This document shows positions 57,384-64,000 of a DNA stretch of 64,000 bases, piece by piece. Positions within the stretch are counted from its first letter, which is position 1; the number at the start of each line of letters is the position of its first letter. A program made the position numbers and the translations under genes. The notes below the pieces were generated by a model. That model saw only the letters and a list, made by a program, of their open reading frames with translations, searched no databases and was not told where the DNA came from. The stretch is from Halanaerobiaceae bacterium (GTDB taxonomy: Bacteria > Bacillota > Halanaerobiia > Halanaerobiales > Halarsenatibacteraceae), in the NCBI GenBank assembly GCA_007134885.1, contig SLJX01000060.1, positions 1,914 through 65,913 on the forward strand, in the 5' to 3' direction.

Positions 57384-58685
57384 ATGCTGCTCATCGACAA
57401 TATTGCAGAAATCTATACTGGCGGTAGTTCCTCTCCAGCCTACCGGGGAGGCTATATTTTATTGGAGGAAGACATTATCACCGCCATCGGCAGCACTGAT
57501 AGTCAGGATTATATTAAATATAAAGAAAATGATACAATAGAAAGCTACAATGCCGATAACATGATTGCTCTGCCCGGACTTATTAATACCCACTGTCACG
57601 CTGGCATGAGTATTTTGAGGGGTTATGCCGATGACATGGAGCTGATGAGCTGGCTTCAGAATAAAATCTGGCCCTTTGAAAGCAGAATGGGCGACGAAGA
57701 CATTTACTGGGGAACTATGCTGGCCATAGCTGAAATGCTTCAGAATGGAATTACCACCTTTCATGATATGTATTTTGCTGTCAAAAGGATAGCCGAAGCA
57801 GTGGAAGAAACCGGTATTAGAGCAGTTATCGGTCTGGGGCTGATAGAGGCCAGTGATGGAGAAGAGGGGCTTCAGCAGACGAGAAATTTTATAAATAATT
57901 ACCAGAATACAGCTGAAGGCAGAATTACAACCAACATTGCTCCTCATTCTCCCTATACCTGCAGCAGGGATTATCTTCTCAAAATAATTGATCTGGCAGT
58001 CCAATTAAATTCCTTTATTCACATCCATGTGGCAGAAACAGCCGGGGAAGTTGAAAATATTAAAGCTGATTCAGGAATCTCACCGGTGGAGTATCTGGAT
58101 GAAACTGGACTTTTTCAGATTCCGGTTCTGGCAGCTCACTGTGTTCATCTGGAGCCTTCCGATATAACCCTGCTGGCTGAAAATAATGTCTCTGTTTCTC
58201 ATAATCCAGCCAGCAATATGAAACTTGGCAGCGGAATTGCTCCGATTAGTTCAATGCTGGAAAGCGGTGTCAATATCAGTCTGGGAACTGATGGAGCGGC
58301 CAGTAATAATGCTCTTGATTTAATTCAAGATGCCAGACTGGCTTCCTACCTGCAGAAGGCAATAAATCACGACCCCCGCAAACTGGACCTCTATCAAATA
58401 TTACAACTGGTAACTGTTAATGGCGCCCGGGCTTTAGGATTAACAAAGACAGGACAGCTGAAAGAGGGATATCAGGCTGATATTATTCTAGTAGACAGCA
58501 GTTCCAGTCCTAATTTTTACCCTGGATTTAATCATCTTTCAAATTTATTTTACGCTGGAAGCGGAGAAGATGTTAAAACTGTATTTGTCGCCGGAGATAA
58601 GCTGGTAGAAAACAATAAACTGCTGACCATTGATCTGGAACGGGTATATCATGAAGTTGAGAAGAGAGCTGACAGACTGGCCTGA
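57384..58685 (+). CDS. mtaD: 5-methylthioadenosine/S-adenosylhomocysteine deaminase (amidohydrolase)
   Basis: It reads LPGLINTHCHAGMSILRGYADDM.L..WL...IWP.E, H.AET, HCVHL and GTDGAASNN.LD. Confidence 0.85.
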   Translation: MLLIDNIAEIYTGGSSSPAYRGGYILLEEDIITAIGSTDSQDYIKYKENDTIESYNADNMIALPGLINTHCHAGMSILRGYADDMELMSWLQNKIWPFESRMGDEDIYWGTMLAIAEMLQNGITTFHDMYFAVKRIAEAVEETGIRAVIGLGLIEASDGEEGLQQTRNFINNYQNTAEGRITTNIAPHSPYTCSRDYLLKIIDLAVQLNSFIHIHVAETAGEVENIKADSGISPVEYLDETGLFQIPVLAAHCVHLEPSDITLLAENNVSVSHNPASNMKLGSGIAPISSMLESGVNISLGTDGAASNNALDLIQDARLASYLQKAINHDPRKLDLYQILQLVTVNGARALGLTKTGQLKEGYQADIILVDSSSSPNFYPGFNHLSNLFYAGSGEDVKTVFVAGDKLVENNKLLTIDLERVYHEVEKRADRLA

Positions 58686-58760
58686 CTTCATAAACAAATA
58701 AATTAATCATTTTTCTTTAATTTATTTCTCCCGTGATAATAGAATTTTTCAGGAAGGGAG

Positions 58761-59495
58761 ATGAATATTATGCAAAATATTGAATGCTGGCAGTGCGGCA
58801 AAGAAATTAAAAACGATAATATACTGGGCGTTGGAACCTTTAATAAGGATATCGGACGGCTTTATGGTAAGGGGTTCATTTCCTTTAAATGCGAATGCTG
58901 TGATGAAATCCGCTATCAAATCCTGAATAAAGACAATCCCATGTTGAGAGACCGGGAAATTTTTGATCGCAGTATCCCTGCTGAAATGATTAAAGGAGAG
59001 AAAATTGACATCAATCAGGTTATTGATTTCCATGGAAAATTAAAATCCATTGAAAATATCGGCAACTTTTTACGCCGCTGCGGTACAGCTGAACCTGAAG
59101 ATGATAGTTTTCTCAACAAGCCCCTCCATCAGAATAATGATATAATTGAATTATTCGAGTTCCTGAATAAGGAGAATAAACAGCGGGCTATGATAGTGAC
59201 TCTGGATCAGGACCGTTTTCTCCGCAGCTGGAAAATGATGGGAGTAGGAACCGGACAGAAGATAAACTTTGAACCACGTGTGGTTTTCGGCCCGGCCATG
59301 CAGCTCAAATGCAAAGCACTGGTTTATCTCATTGATAATTTCATGCGGGAACAGGAAAAAAAGCCCAACCATCAGGATATTGTCCACGTTAAACGTCTGA
59401 TCAAGGCCGCCAAAATCCTGGGGGTTGAATTTAAGGACCGATTGGTGGTAGAAGGTGACGATTTTTACAGTTTCAAAAAACTAAATTTAATTTAG
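58761..59495 (+). CDS. Hypothetical: N-terminal Zn-ribbon (CxxC...CxCC) + C-terminal RadC-like JAB fold with a degenerate active site
   Basis: The N-terminus reads ECWQCGKE...FKCECCDE. The C-terminal ~100 aa align with the remembered RadC core (..V..LD.......K....GT......PR.V...A.....A...L.HNHPSG...PS..D......L..A...LG....D.L.V), but HNHPSG is replaced by IDNFMRE and PS..D by PNHQD. Confidence 0.65.
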   Translation: MNIMQNIECWQCGKEIKNDNILGVGTFNKDIGRLYGKGFISFKCECCDEIRYQILNKDNPMLRDREIFDRSIPAEMIKGEKIDINQVIDFHGKLKSIENIGNFLRRCGTAEPEDDSFLNKPLHQNNDIIELFEFLNKENKQRAMIVTLDQDRFLRSWKMMGVGTGQKINFEPRVVFGPAMQLKCKALVYLIDNFMREQEKKPNHQDIVHVKRLIKAAKILGVEFKDRLVVEGDDFYSFKKLNLI

Positions 59496-59513
59496 CGGGA
59501 ATGGTGATTCTTA

Positions 59514-62393
59514 ATGTTAAAAAAAAGTCGAACAATTCCTCTAATTATTGGGGGAATTGTTCTTTTATTGTTAATAATTATGGCTGCCGGCAGCAGGTTT
59601 TTTACCGACCTCTACTGGTTTTCTGAACTTGGCTTTAGAAATGCCTATCTGATAAGAGTTTTTGCCCAGCTTATTATACGGGTATCTGTTGGTCTGATAA
59701 TATTTGCTTTCTTTTATTTAAATTTACGTTATACTCGCCAGGAACTTCTCTATTTAATTAATCTTTCCGAGGATCAGCAGGTAAGTTCGATTTTTCAGAA
59801 CCGCAGGCCTCCGCTGCTGGACTGGCTCAACGCCCGCCGGTTAAATTATATTTTTGTCGCAGTCAGTGTCTTTCTGGGGTTGATATTTTCAACAGTTGGT
59901 GCAGCTAACTGGGAAACTATCCTGAAGTTCATCAATCAGGTTCCGACCGGAGAGGTCGACCCCATATTCGGTAATGATATTTCGTTTTATTTATTTACCC
60001 TGCCGGTCTGGGAAATTATCAGAGAAATAGCTGTGGTTATTATTATCTTTGCCCTGCTGCTGGTTGGGGTTATCTATCTGCTGGGCTCGGGCATCAGCTC
60101 CCTGGATGACTTAAAATTTAAGCTTTCCCGCAAGGTCAAAAATCACTTAAGCCTGCTGCTGATACTTTATCTTTTGACCAAAATCTTTGATTACCGCCTG
60201 CAGATGTATCAGCTGCTTTATTCTCAGAGAGGTGTGGCCCTGGGAGCCAGTTTTACCGATATTAATGCTACCCTGCCGGGTTTGAGAATTCTGATGGTGG
60301 TGGTGGCAGCGGTGATTGCCCTGGTTATTTACAGTCTCTACAGCAGAAAATATCAGCTGGTTCTGGGAGCTGTGGGTATCTGGGTTATTGCTTCCCTGCT
60401 GTTAACCGGAGTTTATCCCCAGTTCGTCCAGCGTTTTCGGGTTGAGCCCAATGAACTGGCCCGAGAGTCAGAATATATTGCTTACAATATTGACATGACC
60501 CAGAAGGCCTACGGCCTGGATCAGATTGAGCACATTGATTTTCCCTTGAGACTGGATCTGACCTGGGAAGATATTGATAATAATCGGGATACTTTTGATA
60601 ATGTCAGGCTCTGGGATCATCGTCCCCTACAGGCCACCTACAGCCAGATGCAGGAATTGAGGCAGTATTACAGCTTTGCCGATGTTGATGTTGACAGATA
60701 TCATATTAATGGCAATTATCAGCAGGTCTATCTTTCCCTGCGGGAGGTTGACCAGAACAGACTGCCCTCTCAGGCTCAGACCTGGGTTAACCGGGTGTTA
60801 AAATATACTCATGGTTTCGGAGCGGTTATGTCTTCAGCCAGTGATATTACTGGAGATGGTCTGCCCACCTATATCTTCAGTGATATTCCGCCCATAACTA
60901 ACTCAGATCTTAAGCTGGACAACCCCTCAATCTACTATGGTGAGAAAACCGATCAGTATGTAGTGGTCAATAATGCCGAGCAGGAATTTCATTATCCTGA
61001 CGGAGGAGACAATGTTTTTACCGATTATACCGGTGATGGCGGCATTCAGCTTACTAATTACTTCCGCCGGGCTCTCTTTGCCCTGCGCTTTCAGGATATG
61101 CGTCTGGTGCTGGCCGATGATATCACCCCGGAATCCCGGATGAAGTTTGACCGCAATATTCATGACCGGGCCCGGAAGGTAGCTCCTTTCTTGAAGTTTG
61201 ATGGTGACCCCTATCCGGTGCTGGCTGATGGCCAGTTTTACTGGATCTATGATGCCTACACCTATTCCAACCGCTACCCCTATTCCGAGCCCTATTCAGC
61301 CGGTATGAATTATATCAGGAATTCGGTAAAAATGGTTATTGATGCCTATACCGGAGAGACAACTCTCTATATAACCGAAGAGGATGATCCGGTGGTTCAG
61401 ACCTATGCCAACATTTTCCCGGAAATGTTTGCCCCGCTGGATGATATGCCGGAAAGCCTCAGGCCTCACATCAGATATCCTGAAGATCTCTTTACCATCC
61501 AATCCCGAATCTATTCAGTTTATCACATGGATAATCCCCGGGTTTTCTATAACCGGGAAGATGTCTGGAATATTCCCAATGAAAATTATGCCGGCACCAC
61601 AATCCAGATGGAGCCCTATTATATTATAACCAGGCTGCCCGGTGAGGATGAACCGGAGTATATCTTAATGCTGCCCTTTACTCCGGCTGAAAGAAATAAT
61701 ATGGTGGCCTGGATGGCTGCCCGATCCGATGGGGAAAATTATGGCGGCCTTAAACTCTATGATCTTCCTCGGACCGAACTGGCCTTTGGGCCCTCGCAGA
61801 TTGAATCCCGGATCGATCAAAGCGCCTATATTTCCCAGCTGTTAAGTCTCTGGGATCAGCAGGGCTCCAGTGTCATCAGGGGTAATCTGCTGGTGCTTCC
61901 CGTGGAAAACTCCATGGTTTATATTGAACCAATTTTCCTCCAGGCAGATAGAGGAGCACTGCCGGAGCTGCGTCAGGTAATCGTGGCCTACGGCAATATG
62001 GTTATTATGGAGGATGACCTGGAAACAGCTCTGGAGGTAATCTTCGGAGAGCGGGAACCCACCATGGATGTTGATCCCGATGAACTGGAAGTTGACGAGC
62101 CCCTGGATCCCGAAGAGGCCCCCGAGGTTATGATGCCGGAAGATTTAGAGGAGCCGGTTGATGTTGAAGAAGAACCTCTTCCGGAAGAAGTTCCTGAACC
62201 CGAAATGCCTGAGGAGGAGCCGGTAGAGATCGACATTGAAATTCCTGATGATTATTCTGACCTTATTGATAGAACAGTAGAGGTATATGAAGAAGCTCAG
62301 ACAGCCATCAGCGAGGGAGACTGGCAGACCTACGGAGAAAGAATGGCAGAACTGCAGGAACTTCTTTCCCGGTTGAAAGAGCAGCAGAATTAA
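59514..62393 (+). CDS. UPF0182 family large membrane protein with an acidic C-terminal region
   Basis: It is 959 aa with ~7 N-terminal TM segments followed by a large soluble region. The size and architecture fit UPF0182 (COG1615). It starts 19 nt after the preceding gene. Confidence 0.7.
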   Translation: MLKKSRTIPLIIGGIVLLLLIIMAAGSRFFTDLYWFSELGFRNAYLIRVFAQLIIRVSVGLIIFAFFYLNLRYTRQELLYLINLSEDQQVSSIFQNRRPPLLDWLNARRLNYIFVAVSVFLGLIFSTVGAANWETILKFINQVPTGEVDPIFGNDISFYLFTLPVWEIIREIAVVIIIFALLLVGVIYLLGSGISSLDDLKFKLSRKVKNHLSLLLILYLLTKIFDYRLQMYQLLYSQRGVALGASFTDINATLPGLRILMVVVAAVIALVIYSLYSRKYQLVLGAVGIWVIASLLLTGVYPQFVQRFRVEPNELARESEYIAYNIDMTQKAYGLDQIEHIDFPLRLDLTWEDIDNNRDTFDNVRLWDHRPLQATYSQMQELRQYYSFADVDVDRYHINGNYQQVYLSLREVDQNRLPSQAQTWVNRVLKYTHGFGAVMSSASDITGDGLPTYIFSDIPPITNSDLKLDNPSIYYGEKTDQYVVVNNAEQEFHYPDGGDNVFTDYTGDGGIQLTNYFRRALFALRFQDMRLVLADDITPESRMKFDRNIHDRARKVAPFLKFDGDPYPVLADGQFYWIYDAYTYSNRYPYSEPYSAGMNYIRNSVKMVIDAYTGETTLYITEEDDPVVQTYANIFPEMFAPLDDMPESLRPHIRYPEDLFTIQSRIYSVYHMDNPRVFYNREDVWNIPNENYAGTTIQMEPYYIITRLPGEDEPEYILMLPFTPAERNNMVAWMAARSDGENYGGLKLYDLPRTELAFGPSQIESRIDQSAYISQLLSLWDQQGSSVIRGNLLVLPVENSMVYIEPIFLQADRGALPELRQVIVAYGNMVIMEDDLETALEVIFGEREPTMDVDPDELEVDEPLDPEEAPEVMMPEDLEEPVDVEEEPLPEEVPEPEMPEEEPVEIDIEIPDDYSDLIDRTVEVYEEAQTAISEGDWQTYGERMAELQELLSRLKEQQN

Positions 62394-62394
62394 G

Positions 62395-63501
62395 ATGAGT
62401 CCCAGTAATTTAACTAAAATCTTCCAGTCTGCCAGGAAGTATGATTTTATTGCAGCCGGGGTTATAAAGACTGAAACCATCCCGGCTGCAGTTCTGAAAA
62501 AGGCTGACTTTCTGGAAGAGGCTCGTTCTCTGCTGGTCCTGGCTCATCCCTATCCCAATAAACCGCGGGAAAGTATTTTTAATAGTGAGCTCGACATCTA
62601 TCTTTCCCGCTATGCCCGGGGATTGGATTACCATCTGGTTCTGGGAGAAAAGCTAAAAAAACTCTCAGCAGAGGTCAGCAGATTTACCGGTAAAGTCCAC
62701 AGCTGGACGGGGGTGGATAACCATCCCCTGGATGAAAAAAGAATTGCTGCCAGAGCCGGGCTGGGCTTTATCGGGCGAAACAGTCTTCTCATAATACCCG
62801 GAATTGGTTCAATGGTTTTTCTCGGGCTGATTGCCAGCCCGATTGATATCAAGGGTAAGCCCCTGGCTGTCAGCTTAAAACCAGAAGATAATTTTCCCTC
62901 TCTTGAGCCCGGAGAAACCAGCAGGTGTAAAAATTGTCAGCTCTGTGTCACCAGCTGTCCTGGCGGAGCACTTTCCGGTCAGGGAAATCTGACCAAAGAA
63001 AAATGCATTAGTCAGCTGACCCAGCAGCGGGGTTACCTCGAACACTCTCAGCTCAGGCTGATAGCCAATCATTTCTGGGGATGTGATGACTGCCAGCTTG
63101 TCTGCCCCTATAATTCTTATAATAATTCGCTCTCAGACTGGAACCTGCCAGGAAAGATTGATCCCCGGGAATTTTTACAGCTGGATTATAAATCCAGTAT
63201 TTTCAGAGACATTTCCCGCTATCCCTTCAGCTGGAGAGGAAAGAGAGTTCTGCAGAGAAATATGCTGATAGTCATCTCAAACCTGAAAGCCGGGAATTAT
63301 CACAGCAGTGTTCAAGAACTAAGCGGGAGTCCTTCTCCAGTTATTAGATACTACTGCGGTTATTATTATTATAATCTGGCAGCTGCAGGAAATAAATGGG
63401 CAGCAGACAGCCTGACATCACTGCTGCAGCAGGAAAAGGAACCTGAAGCCCGGCAGAGGCTGGCTGTTCTGGTTGGAAAGCTAAAAGAAAAGCAAGAGTA
63501 G
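62395..63501 (+). CDS. queG: Epoxyqueuosine reductase
   Basis: It has two 4Fe-4S motifs, CKNCQLCVTSCP and GCDDCQLVCPYN, with CISQLTQ between them. Confidence 0.82.
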   Translation: MSPSNLTKIFQSARKYDFIAAGVIKTETIPAAVLKKADFLEEARSLLVLAHPYPNKPRESIFNSELDIYLSRYARGLDYHLVLGEKLKKLSAEVSRFTGKVHSWTGVDNHPLDEKRIAARAGLGFIGRNSLLIIPGIGSMVFLGLIASPIDIKGKPLAVSLKPEDNFPSLEPGETSRCKNCQLCVTSCPGGALSGQGNLTKEKCISQLTQQRGYLEHSQLRLIANHFWGCDDCQLVCPYNSYNNSLSDWNLPGKIDPREFLQLDYKSSIFRDISRYPFSWRGKRVLQRNMLIVISNLKAGNYHSSVQELSGSPSPVIRYYCGYYYYNLAAAGNKWAADSLTSLLQQEKEPEARQRLAVLVGKLKEKQE

Positions 63502-63524
63502 CATCTACAGGAGAGGAGCAGGTT

Positions 63525-64000
63525 ATGCAGGAATATATAATAGATGAGGAGCTTTATAAGCTTCCCCGGGGATTAACCCTGGCAGAAATGATTGAGAGAG
63601 CAGGGCTGGCCAGCAACCGGATTGTTGCTGCCCTGATTGATAATCAGGTATGCCGGTTAAATTATGTACCGGAAAAATCCTGCCAGATAAAAACCGTAAG
63701 CAGGGGGGATGAACTGGGAAACCGCATTTATCGCAGAAGCCTCTTCCTGCTGCTGGCCAGAGCTGTCTACGAGTTATATCCTGAAGCAGACTTAAAAATT
63801 GAGCACTCCCTTAGCAATGGAATTTATTGTGAAATAACTAAAAACTCAGCTCTCAGCCAGCATGACATAAAAAAAATCAAAATTAAGATTGCCAGCCTGG
63901 TTAAAAAGGATCTCCCTATTACCAGACATGAAATACCCCGGGGAAAATTACTGGAGATCTATCAGGAGCAGGGATTTGAGGATAAGGCAAGGCTTATCAA
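63525..64000 (+). CDS. TGS/ThrRS-N-terminal-like domain protein, 5' part only (possibly a uridine-kinase-family fusion rather than ThrRS)
   Basis: ATG follows GAGAGGAG, and the frame is open to the window end. RRSLFLLLARAVYELYPEADLKIEHSLSNGIYCE resembles the ThrRS second-additional-domain region but lacks the GP.I..GFYYDF signature. Confidence 0.6.
   Translation, partial: MQEYIIDEELYKLPRGLTLAEMIERAGLASNRIVAALIDNQVCRLNYVPEKSCQIKTVSRGDELGNRIYRRSLFLLLARAVYELYPEADLKIEHSLSNGIYCEITKNSALSQHDIKKIKIKIASLVKKDLPITRHEIPRGKLLEIYQEQGFEDKARLI

Noticed and set aside
63525-64000. Annotating the last ORF as thrS.
   Set aside because: It has no T-box leader, and the diagnostic GP.I..GFYYDF region is replaced by HSLSNGIYCE. 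I kept it as a ThrRS-N-terminal-like domain protein.
1-64000. Defence systems, toxin-antitoxin pairs, prophage or biosynthetic gene clusters.
   Set aside because: Every sizeable ORF could be given a housekeeping or plausible metabolic assignment, or it is a single hypothetical gene. No nuclease/ATPase/methylase cassettes or phage structural genes were recognised.

Overview
This 64-kb stretch looks like core chromosome, with almost every gene on the + strand. It is probably from a low/moderate-GC anaerobic, halophilic Firmicute. Halanaerobiales-like is my guess, based on T-box and TRAP regulation, a Skp-like chaperone and many acidic protein tails; I cannot verify it here.

Gene order, left to right:
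- a truncated S8 protease lipoprotein (-), then a 0.9-kb AT-rich gap
- yaiI-like gene plus a split YeeE/YedE pair
- proline T-box leader and proC, then rocD
- an HhH-CBM48 fusion protein, two small ORFs missing from the ORF track, hfq, fbaB
- a thioredoxin-like gene and a hypothetical gene, a DD-carboxypeptidase, a Skp-like gene, long-form hutU
- mtrB (TRAP), a GAG-repeat attenuator and trpEGDCFBA, with a second GAG array over the trpD start
- an asp23-like gene (-)
- a visibly GC-richer block (sppA, a small ORF, a Yip1-like gene, an Eis-like GNAT, a DAG-kinase-like gene, a cyclodeaminase-like gene) whose spacers are built from short tandem duplications
- the rimP-nusA-ylxR-infB-rbfA-nrnA-truB-ribF-rpsO-pnp cluster
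- nfo plus a JAB/MPN-DinG fusion helicase, a SleB-like LysM hydrolase, dut, mtnA
- a 41-aa desulforedoxin missing from the ORF track, and DUF47-glpK
- a glycerol-3-P dehydrogenase / oxidoreductase / DUF1667 trio behind a terminator-containing leader
- asnS, a class II photolyase (-), ferritin, mtaD
- a Zn-ribbon plus degenerate RadC-like protein, a UPF0182 membrane protein, queG, and a truncated ThrRS-N-terminal-like gene

I saw no rRNA, tRNA, CRISPR array, transposase, integrase, prophage or recognisable defence system.

The items most worth follow-up:
1. The JAMM-intact JAB domain fused to a DinG helicase next to nfo.
2. The two TRAP-type GAG arrays: a leader attenuator and a second array covering the trpD SD and start codon.
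3. A ~95-bp conserved element present in two copies, upstream of the lipid kinase gene and of asnS.
4. The Zn-ribbon / inactivated RadC-like protein adjacent to UPF0182.
5. The GC-rich block with its tandem-duplication spacers.

All calls come from reading the sequence and from remembered family motifs. No searches or computations were run.
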